Origin: Octopus vulgaris
Lineage: Eukaryota
Reading direction: 5' to 3'
DNA length: 64,000 nt
NCBI GenBank assembly: GCA_951406725.2
Contig: OX597821.1
Span: 40,114,001-40,178,000 of the forward strand
Below are positions 41,172 to 54,769 of this stretch, piece by piece. The notes beneath the pieces are model-generated. The model saw only the letters and a list, made by a program, of their open reading frames with translations, was not told the DNA's origin and ran no database searches. Position 1 is the first letter of the stretch. The number at the start of each line of letters is the position of its first letter. The position numbers were made by a program, and so were the translations under genes.

Positions 41172-44100
41172 TATATTTATGTGTGTGTGTGTGTATAAGT
41201 ATACATATATGCATAGAAGCGTTTAATGAAGTAAATTAGATTGGCAGAAGAGCAATGAAAATGGTCGCCATCAGACAAATGTGGGGCTGGAGATAGAGAA
41301 ACAAGTGTTGCATCAGTCACAGAGGTTTGGCTTAGTATGGTTGGGGATAAAATAATGGTAGTAAGCTATTAATTTACTTCTTTTAGAAGCTTATTTTAAT
41401 GTAGTTGCAGGTATGGTCATGTGACCATATAGTTGCAGGTATGGTCATGTGATTAAGAAGTTTGCTTTGCAGCCACATGTTTTTCAACTCAATCCAGTTG
41501 AGTGACATGTTGGGAAAGTGTCTTATACTATGGCACCGGTACTTCTATGCAGAAAAGAAAATTGTTTCAGGCAGATTTTCTCAGACTAGACATTCTTCTT
41601 ATTACCAACTCTCACCTTTTCTCAAGCAAGGTAATAATTTTCTCAATTCCCTTCAGCGATGGACAACTCAATAGCCGGACATGTTTTCTCGGAAGATTGT
41701 AATTGGAATTTATTTGAGCCTGGTTGACCAATGACTTAAAAAAGATTGATTAGGTATGTATGAATGTCTCTCATGTCCAGCATCTAAACCTATTTCATAT
41801 GATTATCACTTTATTGATTGAGTTAAACATTCTTCTGATTAAAAAATGGGATAGCATTTAGACCCCTGAAATAAATTAAAGTTTGTTATAAACACACTGT
41901 AGATAACAGGTGACAATTGTTGGTGCAGATAGAAATAACCCAGCTGATTGGCTGAGCAAAACCTAGCACCAAACAACACTATTGTTCACAAATGCATGAC
42001 ATAAAATAAAGATGTACCAACTAACAGTATATTTAGGCAGAGAGAGAGAGACAGACAGACAGAAAGAGACTGCCCCCTGCCATTGAAAGTTGATTGTATT
42101 TGCCAGGAACGTGTGTGTTTGACCCTTTAATAAGAAGGTTGGCATATTATCAATTTGTCTTGTTACATTTCTCTGATGTATTGTATCAGTTAATTATTTT
42201 CAATTTTGTTCACTTTCAAATATTGGTCACTTCATCTTTATCATTTTGGTAACTGTAGTCTCTCTCTCTCTCTCTCAGAATGTATTTACCGAGTCATCAG
42301 TTTAATCAGTGTATACACACACACATGCACACATAGATACACACATGAACTGTCATCATTGTCATCATCATCATCATCATCATCACCATCCATGGTGTCA
42401 GAAGAACCTCTTGTTTTTTTTTTTATGGCTGAATGCTCTTTCTGTCACCAACCATCATCTGATTCCATCCAAGGCAATATTTCCCTTAGTTCTTCTAACA
42501 ACAAACAACAGAATGGTCAGATATGTTTTCATGGAAGCTTACAAACAATGACAATGTTTATAGGAACAGTATCTTTGTTTCCAATCAGTGTGCAATCTGT
42601 CAAAACAAAAATAATATACCAACAACACACACACATAAATGCAATAATGTGCCCACATGCACACACACACATAAATGCAATAATGTACATACATGCACAC
42701 ACATAAATGCAATAATGTGTACATACATACACACACGCCTACATGCCTCTATACACATACAATGGGCTTCTTTCGATATTGGTCCAAGGCTATAATGGAT
42801 GACCTTTTCCCAAGGTTCCCTACTGTGAAACTGAATCCAAAACCACAGGATTGCAAGCAATAAACATCTTCGCCATGTGGCCATATCTGTGCCAAAGTAA
42901 AAATAACCTGTTGACAGTTTACTTTGATTAATAATGGCACAAAATCTCCCACTTCAGTTTTATTTGCGTCAGTTTGGAGAAATCAAAATAAATGTGCTTC
43001 TCAAGATATTCTTTACTAAATATAGATTCATAATGTTTTGTCAAATACCACAAAATACTGCAAGCTGTTGATTTCTAGAAATTATAATTCAAAAGATGGT
43101 GAAACAGGTAAACTAGAAATGGTTGTTATTCACGAAATGTACGACCAAAGAATGCATTTATTTTTTATTGGTAATATCTTGAATGAAATTTTCTTAAATG
43201 GTTCACCAAAGCATTAATGGAACTGATCAAATGTTTGCTAGAAAAACATACTTTTAGCTCATCAAGTCTGTTATATTCCATCTTGATATGTGACTAAACA
43301 ACATATTTTACCATTTACATTTGTGTGTTTGGATTATTTTAAAGTAGCAGTTAGAATACATCCCTTTCGACTTACCGCCGAGCTTGTTTTTAATCCATTC
43401 AATAGCTTTCAAGGTGACTACTGTAAGAAAGGCATGACAGACTCTGCCTCACAGAAGTGGGGTCTTTTTGTTTGTTTTTAAAAGATTTGGAAAATGATAT
43501 CTGTTGTGGCTATTTTATTTCATTTGTTGGTTTGAGTTTGTAAACATTGGAGGGAGAGATAGAAAACCAGGTAGATAGAAAAAAGACAAACAGACAGACA
43601 GAGATAGAGAATTTTAGCAAGGTATTGTAATCATTTTAAATGTGTAACTAATGTGTCTAGGTTATTTTTTTAATGGTAGGTTCTGCTGTATAAGCTGTGA
43701 GAGAAGATACTGACTGCAATTCTGAAATGTGGCCATTAGATATATCTCGACTCTTTAAATTTAAATATTCTATGTTCATTGTGTATGTTGAAATGATCTC
43801 TAGGGGTGGTGTGCTAGGGCAATTTATTATGATGTGGATATTATTCTCTGTATGAAAATATTGTAAACTTGAGAGTTGCTGTCTGAGTCAATACAGAAAC
43901 TGGACACGTTTACATAATTCATCCATTTAGTCATTGAAATAATACTCAAGTGGCCATCTGACGATATGAGTAGACAGCATTAAGAGAAGCACCCCTTTAA
44001 GGAATATAATGGTATCCCATTAACAAGTGTCAGCTTCATGTTAAGTTTGTATAGTAACTCTGATGAAATGAAGAAATCCTGATAAGAATGTAGAAGATCA

Positions 44101-45942
44101 ACAGAGTAATTTATCTGCATGCAGACGTAGTGAATATACTTAAGTAAATCAAAATATAGTTTAACATGACAGACTAATTTGGAAGCTTTTAATAATAAGT
44201 CAAGTCTTCTACAGATTTAGAGCCAATAAAATTTGTTTAATTAGAAAAGATGAAGCATTACGTTGTTCGATAAAAAGGTGGCTTACAATCAAAGAGTAAA
44301 GTTTAACAGATTGTCTATTTCTGGGTTCTTGTTCAACACAAATAATTAAAAGTTGTCAGTTTAATTGAAAAAATATCACTTACAACCAAACATAATTTCA
44401 AAGCCAAGACTCAGAATTGATCTCTATTTTGGCAAAGAGGAAACAGAATGCTATTATTACATTCAGTGTTGCTAAGCAGAAATGGAAACAAGCTTTCCAT
44501 AGGAATTGAAAATTGCTCTACATTGTCTTTTATATAAAATCAAGGCTGCTGTAATTGTAACAAACTAAGATTGGTTTAGAAAAATACTTATTGAAGAGCT
44601 TCTTATTCAAGTTTTTCTGAAAACAATTCAGCTGTTAGAACCAGCTATTATTCTTGTTGGGAATGAGAAATAGAGAAGGAATGTTTGATTAAAAGAAGAA
44701 GAAAGAAAAGGGGGAAGATCAGGGTCATGAGAGAGGCAGCTATATACATCTAGTGGTATTGAAAATGAAAATAATAGGGGTGAAATTAAATAAACAATGA
44801 GAATAATTCTAATTCTAAATGAGTGTATATGTGGAAGAGACAAAGGTAGAGAGAAAAGAGAAGAAATAACAGGAATTGGTTTTATATTCTATTGATTGAT
44901 AAGCAGATTAGCAGACAGCTAGACAAACAGATATGCTGTTATGGAGATTGATGTATTGATAGAATTTGATAGATACATACAGCAAAAAAAGTTCCTACAT
45001 ACGGAGACACAGAGACTAACAAGATGGTAATGGAATGTTCTTGTTGGAATTATTAGTTACCCGCAATCTAATGCAGATCTATGACCCAGGGATAGAGGCC
45101 TGAATGGAGCCTGACTATCACTTCTAAGCAAAAAACCCTCCTCTATTTATTATTGGCTCCTTTATCCCAAAGATTAAAACATATTGCTTTTGGTTCTATT
45201 CTGAAAAATGTGGAGAAATATTTTTTTCTCAGAGATTATTCTATAACATGGAGCTGGTAGAGAACTTATTGTTTAATTCTAACGTTTTGTGCTGTTTATG
45301 AAAGCAGAGACGACATTCTGCAATTTCAAAATTACTCTGCAGGTTGTGGCAACTGAAAAGGAAATTTATTTATTTGATGAAAATTTATTTATTTAAGAAA
45401 ATGTTTGCAGAGTAACTCCAATTTTATTAACTGAATTTTTATGTTTACCAATAATACGAGAAACCTCATGAACATTTCTCTAAGATATTCAGACAAGCTT
45501 CTACTTCATTCCTCTTCTTGTTTTCTTTTTTATTAGTATTTTTATTTATTTATTTCTGCATTTTTGTTAGTAAATAGCATTTATGCAATTAAATTTTATA
45601 GTGGTCAGATCATTATTTTTTTGACTTGTTTACATTATTAAACTTCTTGTGATGCAAATAATATCTGCCAAGTCTCATGCCACACATTAAACACACACAA
45701 ATCAAGTGGGCCAATTAAATCTCATATTCTTCTGATGGTGAAATAGAATTTGCTTTTGTCAAACTGCTCTATCAATGGACTCTCTATAATTCTTGTTTTG
45801 TGGGACAATTAAAATTATAAATTTATTGGAATAATTGGAAAAATATACATTCATATACATTTGTATGTATATATATATATATATATATACCAATGTAAGC
45901 ACATAAATGTGAAACAAGGTGGAAAAAAGACTACTCAAATAC

Positions 45943-45976
45943 CCGACGAACGGGAACGTGAAACTCTGAGTAACAG
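45943..45976 (+). ncRNA. Compact type I hammerhead-like motif (U4C variant; stem I 5' strand missing)
   Basis: CCGACGA-ACG-GGAA-CGU-GAAA-CUCUGA-GUA-ACAG; GNRA-capped stem II and palindromic ACUC-U-GAGU stem III. Confidence 0.6.
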
Positions 45977-46549
45977 CTTTTGTTACATTTCTGCTGCTTT
46001 TATATAAAGTCTAAATATACATATACACACACACATACACACACGTGTGTGTGTATGTATAAAAAAATATATGTATATATATATATATATATATATGGGT
46101 GTTTGTGAATGTGTGTGTGGGTATAAATTGTTTGAAGTAGTGTACAGATTGTATATATTTAGAAAAAGGAAGAAGTCATGATGAATTCCTGAAAGCGTTG
46201 AAAGTGGTAAATAAAATCCTTTTATCTAAATCCTGACTACTTCCTTTTTCTTAAAATATATGTATTTAGAAGAAGATTTTCTGTCATGCTTATAAACTGA
46301 CCATAAACTGGCAAAACACGTACCTTGTGTATGTGGGTTCGATATCGTTTATATGTATGTATATGTATGTGTATCTGAAAAATAATTTTATATATATACA
46401 TATATAAATATATATACACTCATACATATATAAATATGTCTAGCTGTATGTGTGTGTATATATATGTGTGTGTATGTATATATGTATATATACACATACA
46501 TACATACATATAAATATATGTATAAATTTACATATATATATGTATATAC

Positions 46550-46613
<64 letters not shown>

Positions 46614-47237
46614 CTATCTAACAGTACATACACACACACACACACACACAAACACACACACGTACACACACACATATACATATTGCTTTTGTAAATAAAA
46701 TTAGACAAAGCAAAAAATATTATACTAGATCCCAAATATAATTGTTCCATGTTTTGAGATCTCGTATAAATTTTTTGGCTTTGACTAATTTTATTCACAA
46801 AAGCAGTATATATATATATATATATATATACATACATGTATGTATAACAAATCAATACTCATACAGTGCGTTTAAAATCTTGCTATCAGTATTAACAAAC
46901 ATTGGCAAAATTCTAGTAGTCACTCAAGTAAATCTGTTCCATTGACAGCGAAATAAAGACACTGACAATTGCCTCCAACTTTTACAACAATACTGGCATT
47001 AATAGACTAACTAATAACAAAGCAAGATGGCAGTGGAGGTCTTAGGTGAGTTTGAGCAGTTTTTTTTATGAGTGACAAGCATCATTCTTGAAGCATTTGA
47101 TAAGATGAAAACAATATTATGTAAGTTGTAAGGGAACTATCAAACATATTCAGAATATGATGGCATCACATGTAACCCTCTGTATAGCTCTTTCAGGCAA
47201 GTTCTGGAAGAAGAATATTCTGCTTGTTAATAAAACA

Positions 47238-47284
<47 letters not shown>

Positions 47285-48474
47285 TTTATCCTTTACATTA
47301 GATATTGACAGGAGCATAGATTTGGGGGGAGTATATCAGTTTATCAGCTGAGATGAATGACTGCTTATTGCTCCTGTGTTCCTTTTAAGTAGTGTTCATA
47401 GGCCTATACACATATGTTATGCAGGGAAATAAAATTGCTCATGAGAAAAATATATTTTATTTGTAACTGGTAATAATTTGTGGAATCACGTTGCTATATG
47501 GCCAAATTTAGTGTTGTTTTTACAATTCTGCAACTTATGATTAAAAACAGTGTTCAAATTTATGGCCTCATGAGATATAGGCCAAAATTATCTAAATATT
47601 TTCCAGGGAAAAAAATTTATACAGCATACCATTTTTTAGTTGTACATTAAATAGAACAATTTTTCATAAATATGACTCAGCCAAACACACCTCGTAAGAG
47701 CTGGTAAGTATCTCATAAACTGACAAACTAGAGGTGTCTCTTGAACATCAAACTGTGATAATAGACAGCAGTTTGTCAAAGTGGTATGGAACATACAACA
47801 TGGCATTAGTAAATGCCAAAATATGTCAATAAAGAATTGCATATCTCTAAGCATGACCTGATTATAATAATTACCAGCATCATCCTAATGTATGTTTACA
47901 CAACACAGCACAAGCCTGGGTCTGAACAACTGATCTTAATGAATATTTTTAGTGTTATTTATATTGAAGAGTGCATCAACTGTTAGCATCTATAAAAAAT
48001 ACAAAGAAAAAAACAACAGGCTGATGTTGTGAGGATTGGTTTTTCAACTGATTTTTCTATTAGTATAAAAGGCCACTATTAAGAATGGTGATGGGAAATA
48101 TGCAGTCAGTTGATGGAGAATTTGAAGCATTGGCATAATGATTAGAAATTTAAGCTCATCCACGGAATCATCGATGCTCTTCATAATTTGGCAGCAGTAA
48201 AATAATAAAGTTCTAAAAGTGATTATCACATTAATGGCTAGTAAAAAAAAAAAAAAAACTCAATATTCCCAGAAAGCTGATGCAAAACATCAGGTTAAAT
48301 TCCTGAATTATAAGTTCACATTAACAGATAAATAATTGGTTGATTCACCTAATCTGTAAAAGCAGAGAACTGGGGGTAAAGGAGTACAAGCACACCCCCT
48401 AAAATTTATGTGGAACAACAAAAACACTTTGAATGTCCGCTTGAAAAACTTCATTGCCAAAATGAATGAGCCAA

Positions 48475-48542
<68 letters not shown>

Positions 48543-48544
<2 letters not shown>

Positions 48545-48738
48545 AGTGAGAGAGCAGTGCATGCCATCAAAGTGACACTAGGGTAAAATATATGAAGCCC
48601 AATATACCCATCATGATTACCCATCTGACCACATATGTATAACATGGTGATCTCATATCAACATAAGTAGCACATGACCTTGCAGTTAGAATGTTTGTCA
48701 GGTCAAGTAGCCCATCCTGCTCAAAAGATCCCCGAATA
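48543..48738 (-). mobile_element. 3' fragment of a (TAA)n-tailed retroelement
   Basis: Shares ~85 bp with 8526-8611; embedded in TTA/TAG repeats. Confidence 0.7.
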
Positions 48739-48750
48739 TTATTATTATTA

Positions 48751-49481
48751 TTCAGTAGTTTTATTTTTATAGCGTGCTTTCACTTCACTACCAAGCGTAG
48801 CTCTGTGTGCCTTGGGTATGTGCTGTGATTTGTTGTGATGCTCTGATGGTTATTGTATGGAAAGTGTTCTGCGTAGGATGTGTGCAGTGCCTAGTAGTGC
48901 AATTTTCTGTATGTTATATGTGTTTGTAAGTCCTGGTGCTTTTGTTATGAATCTGTCTGAATATTTTTTTATCATGCCTAATGCACCTACTATGATAGGA
49001 ATTGTTTCTGTTTTCAGATTCCACATTCTAGTTACCTCTATTTCCAGGTCTTTGTATTTTGAGAGTTTCTCCATTTCTTTTAGAGACACGTTGTCATCTG
49101 CCGGTATTGATACATCAATTAGAAAGCATTTTTTTCTTCATGATCTCTGACAACTATATCTGGTCTGTTGGCCTTAATTTCTCTATCTGTGTGTATCGGC
49201 ATATCCCAGAGTATGGTTGCTTTCTCGTTTTCTGTGACCTTTTCTGGTGTGTGCCTATACCATCTTTTTTCTGTTGTTATTCCATAATGTTGGCATAGCT
49301 TCCAATGTATGTAGGTTCCAACTCTGTCATGTCTGTGAATATATTCCTTCTTAGCCAGGACTGGGCAGCTAGAGATAATATGATTTATTGTTTCTTGTCC
49401 ATCTCCACATATTCTGCAGTTACTTGTAATATTTCTTTTCATTACATGTTTTTGGTAATTTCTGGTGGGGAGGCTTTGGTC

Positions 49482-49482
<1 letters not shown>
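48751..49482 (-). pseudogene. 5'-truncated R4/Dong-type non-LTR retrotransposon (CCHC plus RLE), one frameshift
   Basis: CRICGDGQETINHIISSC..RHDRVG..ILWDMPIHTDREIKANRPDIVV, then EKLSKYKDLEIEV..IPIIVGALG..QKIALLGTAHILRRTL; frameshift at the T-run near 49130; TTA repeats on both sides. Confidence 0.93.
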
Positions 49483-49554
<72 letters not shown>

Positions 49555-50056
49555 CATTATTATATGTGTATTTGTTTTAATATTGAGATTGAAAAAAAGC
49601 AACATTGTTTCAAAAAAAGTTTGGACCTTGGTTTGAACCCTTGATGCAAATTTTTTTCTGCACTTACTGCACAGACTCAGCTTTGTAATTATTAGATCAT
49701 TACCTTGCAGTGACAACTTGAGTGCAAATGTTTTCTTCTGTAGTCCTAGGCTGACCAAGGCCTTGGTTGATGGAAACTGAAAGAAGCCTCTCGTATGTGT
49801 GTGTGTGTGTCACCCTGTCTTGACATCACATGATAGTTGTTAGCAAGTGCCATTGTCATGCAAGCATTTTCATTTTCACTTCCGGTCTTCCATGAAAACC
49901 ATGTCTGGTCAAGAGAAAATATTAACTTTCTTGGAAACAGATGAGGGTTGGCAACTGGAAGGGTGCCCGGGTGTAGAAAATTTGCCTCAATGAATCCCAT
50001 CTGATCCATGCTGGCATGGAAAACAGGGGGTCTTAATGTAGTAGTAACGGGAGTGA

Positions 50057-50167
50057 TAATGATGATGATGATGATGATGATGAGGATGAGGATGAGGATG
50101 ATGATGATGATGATGGTAGTGGTGGTGGTGGTGGTGGTGGTGATGATGATGATGGTGATGATGATGG

Positions 50168-50264
<97 letters not shown>

Positions 50265-50270
50265 GATGAG
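50057..50270. repeat. (GAT)/(GGT)n compound microsatellite
   Basis: Direct reading. Confidence 0.95.
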
Positions 50271-51080
50271 TACATGAGAAAGTGAATAAAGCATGTCAAC
50301 CATCAATAAGAACCAACTTAATTTAATCAGCTGGAAACAGAGTAAAGCATGTATAAAATTTATGTATTAAATCTCAGTTTTGAATAAAAGTAGTTTTGTA
50401 GGAAAAGTAATTATGTTGCTTCTTCACTTTTTAAGAATAAACTCAGAAAATTCTAAACAAATACATCAATATATCTATTAAGTATCAGCCATGAATCATC
50501 ATTTACTCTTAATAAATATAAAACCTATGCTACGAATCAGTATTGTTTTCTTTGGTTATTAAACAAAGATATTTAATATGTGAATCTACATACATGCACT
50601 TATATAGGTGGGTCACTTGGCTTGGTGACAAAATATTTGAACAGCAATTTTGAAAGTCTGTACCTCAAGAGAAATCGATTGATACTCACACAATGGACTT
50701 CTTCCAGCTTGTCAGAGGAACTGTCATGATATGCAAAACATTCCAAATCTGTTGTATTTGTTTATTTATATATTTTACACCAGAATCTATGGACAAAACA
50801 TCGTTGATTACAGGTTTCCAATGGACCAATCATTGGTTCATAACATTTCTGACAAATGGGAAAACAAAACAACCTCTCAAACTTAAGAGATTCTGCTTGA
50901 AAAGCATCCGTTCTTTCACAAGCAACATTTGGTGCATATATGGCTGTGGAGTTAATGAGTTTGCTTCTTGACACCTTGTTGTTCCTGATTCTGCCCCAGC
51001 AGAGGGCACCTTGGGAAAGGGGTTTCTGTTTTAGTCGAAGGTCAGCCAATGCCTTGTCATAAATGAAACTTGTAAAGAAT

Positions 51081-51131
<51 letters not shown>

Positions 51132-51220
51132 TGGGAAATATATATATAGAGAGAGAGAAAGTGGGATATATATATAGAGAGAGATAGCGAGATAGAGAGA
51201 GAGAGAGAAACAGGGATATA

Positions 51221-51454
51221 TATATTTCTTTACTGCCCACAAGGGGCTAAACATAGAGGGGACAAACAAGGACAGACAATGGGATTAAGTCGTTTACATC
51301 GACCCCAGTGCGAAACTGGTACTTTATTTATCGACCCCGAAAGGATGAAAGGCCAAGTCGACCTCGGCGGAATTTGAACTCAGAACGTAATGACAGACGA
51401 AATACTGGTAAGCATTTCACCCAGTGTGCTAACGTTTCTGCCAGCTCACCGCCT
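51221..51454 (-). mobile_element. Full-length SINE family A with ~13-bp TSD
   Basis: Reverse complement of 17212-17441; aaacagggatata (51208-51220) and aaacaaggatata (51455-51467). Confidence 0.92.
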
Positions 51455-51552
51455 AAACAAGGATATACATATGAGCAAGTTAGTGTCCCTCAATACATCT
51501 AAGAGAGCAGCAGAATCACAACTACCTGTCCAAATAAGGCTACAATATGTAT

Positions 51553-51621
<69 letters not shown>

Positions 51622-51629
51622 TGTATGCT

Positions 51630-51820
51630 GATGTCACATAGAAAGCATCCAGTACACTCTGTAAAGTGGTTAGTGCTAGGAAAGGCATCCAGCCATAGAA
51701 ACCAGACAAATGGAACCTGGTGCTGCTCTCCAGCTTGCTGGCTCTTCTCAAACAGTCCAACCCATGCCAGCATGGAAAACAAACGTTAAATCATGAAAAT
51801 GATAATGATGATGATGATGA
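51630..51820 (+). mobile_element. Family C repeat 3' end
   Basis: ggaaaggcatccagccatagaaacc..cccatgccagcatggaaaac and GAT tail. Confidence 0.8.
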
Positions 51821-52774
51821 TATATACATGCATATCTGTGTGTGTGTGTGTATCTATGTATGTATTCATACATGTATATATATATATCTCATATAATTAT
51901 TCAGTTAGGTGTTAAATAACCATGCATATGTATGTATACAGACGTTCTTATATATTATATACATACACATGTATCAAACAGTATAATGTATACTATACCT
52001 TGTTTACTGGACGGACTATTTCAATAGCAGGGTGAACAAGCAAATGATGGAATATACATTTTAACCTCTTTCTTTCTCTCTGTCTCTGTCTCTCTCCCTC
52101 TCTCACACTATGCATTGAGATGTGTTACATTTTATTGCAGCGTTCAGCATGTATTATGAGATAAATAACAATGATTTATATGGAAACTTTATTACCCACA
52201 GGACTACTTATAATAGACATAGGTTTCCAGTTGAATGCTTCTTTATTTTATCACTGTCAGATTGATGAAAAGCAAATTTGATTCAGGCAGAATTTAAACT
52301 ATGGTATAGAGTATTTATTTATTTTATATCGCATTTTGTGAACAATAGCGTTATTGGTTGCAGGTTTTCCAATGGGCCAATCAGTGGTTTATAGCATATA
52401 TGATGTTGAAAGTGATGATAGAGTGCTTATGTAACCCGGGTGGAACAAATGCCACACAAGGTATCTTTGTTTGAAAAGCACCTGTTTATCTGTGTTTTCA
52501 CAAGTGTCTACTTTTTTTTGCTGCCATAGGTCTGTGAAAGATCTACATGTACTTATGCATAATGAGCTCCAGTGTGTGTTCTGGAATAAAATTTATTAAT
52601 CCATTAATAGAGAAGGGCCAAATGTAACGTTACTCGACCAGCACTAAGCATAACATTTGGATTGCTGCAGTTCAATTACTATCTTTACTTGGAAATTTTA
52701 CCAAACAGAAAGGAAATGAAGAGTAGCGTATTACACTAAAATGAATAAAAAAATCATTCGTTATTTTGCTATTG

Positions 52775-52815
<41 letters not shown>

Positions 52816-52822
52816 CATATAT

Positions 52823-53198
52823 ATTATCGGTGAGCCGGGCGACATGTCCAGCCCATCTAAACTTGTAGCGTGTATACTCTGCGATGACATCCCTCATGCC
52901 GGACTTCTTTTTGATGATCTTGCTACTGATGTGCTCTCTCAACGAGATACCAAGCATTGACCTTTCCATGGCTCTTTGAGCTGTTACCAGTCTCTGCTCT
53001 TTTGCACAGTCGTCGCGTGGTATCCGCGCGAGCGGAAACGACCACTGGAAGGCCTCCACGACGGTGTAGTTATGACTTCAGGAGGACGATTGGGATCACG
53101 TGGATGAGAAAGGCACAATACAGAGAGGAGTGGACAGCATACTGTGACCAGCAGCATCAAATGGATGCCCGACAGACTGGTAAATTAAGGTGATCAAG

Positions 53199-53203
<5 letters not shown>
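52823..53203. pseudogene. RTE-type LINE 3' fragment with 5' inversion
   Basis: Minus 52823-53007: AKEQRLVTAQRAMERSMLGISLREH..RWAGHVARLTDN; plus 53009-53190: VVAWYPRERKRP/GRPPRR..WMRKAQYREEW; inserted in (TA)n. Confidence 0.88.
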
Positions 53204-53234
<31 letters not shown>

Positions 53235-53238
<4 letters not shown>

Positions 53239-53560
53239 TCAATATAAGGGTAGCAAAAAAATTCAAGAAAAATTCAAGAAAAATTTTCTGCAACCAGCGG
53301 TCAAGTGAGAAACTAGAAATAGTCACAGACCATATAATATATTCAACAATAGTATTAAGGAATGACCCTGACAGGTCGTTCAACTCACTTGAAAAGAGCA
53401 GCTAAACTCAAACCGCAAAAATAGTAGTAATTCTGAAACTAGAGGATGTTTTTATTTCTCCTCTAGTTTCAGAATTACTACTATTTTTGCGGTTTGAGTT
53501 TAGCTGCTCTTTTCAAGTGAGTTGAACGACCTGTCAGGGTCATTCCTTAATACTATTGTT
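53235..53560. mobile_element. Fold-back element with perfect 102-bp inverted repeat (53345-53446 / 53459-53560); same family as 56810-57003
   Basis: Arms read as exact reverse complements with a 12-nt spacer; flanked by (TA)n. Confidence 0.85.
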
Positions 53561-53622
53561 ATATATATATATATATATTACTTAAATTACTTAAATTATT
53601 TTGTCAGCATTTTTCTTCATTT

Positions 53623-53678
<56 letters not shown>

Positions 53679-54204
53679 TTAAATGACTCATTCATTATTA
53701 ATTTCTTGTGCATATCTTTTTCTAATGAGTTGTAGTGCACCTGAGTACTATATACATTAAGTTCCTTATTTTAAATTTTAACTTTCTTGTTGCTCTCTGA
53801 AATGTATCCACTGCTCCGACATGGCAAATACCAATCTGCACAAGAATTTAATAGCCTGTTATGCACCTGGCTCTGACTGCTAACCTTGGTGACTTGAAGC
53901 TGATCAGCTGCTTCCTGTTCAGAATTAAGAAAGAGCTGGAGGCCTCTGACAAGGACTTCTCACTTATGACTGAGTGATAGAAATATTTCCAGTAGTTAGA
54001 CGTCATCAGAATAAGTTATCTGACAAGGTCAGGAAAAAAAAAAACCATGTCATCACATGACCTGATGCAACACCATCTACATGTATATACATGTCTTGGT
54101 GGTGTACTTGCCAGGCAAGTACATCCTTGTCAATTACCAGGTTGCTGTTTGCATGATGAAAATGTTGACACCAATCATATCTACTGATAATCCTCTCACC
54201 AACG

Positions 54205-54395
54205 GGCACAAGGCCTGGGGATGTGGGTGCCAGTTGATGACATTGACCTCACTGCTCAACTGGTACTAATTTTATTGACACTGAAAAAGGTCATCAGAAA
54301 CAATGAAAGGCAAAGCTGATGATGAATGCAACGACAGAATGCAACCACTAAGCATTTTGGCTGGCATGCTAATAATTCTGCCAGTTTGCTGCCTT
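54205..54395 (-). mobile_element. SINE family A (decayed)
   Basis: caactggtactaattttattgac..atgaaaggcaaag..gctaataattctgccagtttgctgcc. Confidence 0.7.
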
Positions 54396-54484
54396 AATAA
54401 TAATAATGATAGTAACAACAACAACAATAAATTAGACAAATAATAATAACAATAATAATAATAGTAATAATGATAATAATAATC

Positions 54485-54696
54485 TTTTCTACTCTAGGTG
54501 TAAGGCCCAATATTTTTTGGAAGGGGGTCAGTCAATTAGATCAACCCCAGTATGCAACTGATACTTAATTTATCTAGCCCGAAAGGATAAAAAGCACAGT
54601 GAACCTCAGTGGAATTTGAATTCAGAACGTAAAGACAGATGAAATAGTGCTAAGCATTTCACCTGGTGTGCTAATGATTCTGTCAGCTTGCCGCCT

Positions 54697-54697
<1 letters not shown>
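54485..54697 (-). mobile_element. SINE family A within (AAT)n
   Basis: caactgatacttaatttatc..cccgaaaggat..ggaatttgaattcagaacg..ctgtcagcttgccgcc. Confidence 0.85.

Positions 54698-54769
<72 letters not shown>

Noticed and set aside
42626-42725. Three cacacataaatgcaataatgt units with short spacers, superficially CRISPR-like
   Set aside because: Spacers are related low-complexity CA sequence, the context is eukaryotic and there are no cas genes; this is a minisatellite.
49746-50306. Poly-I/M/S ORFs
   Set aside because: Trinucleotide (GAT/GGT)n tract plus SINE-like sequence.
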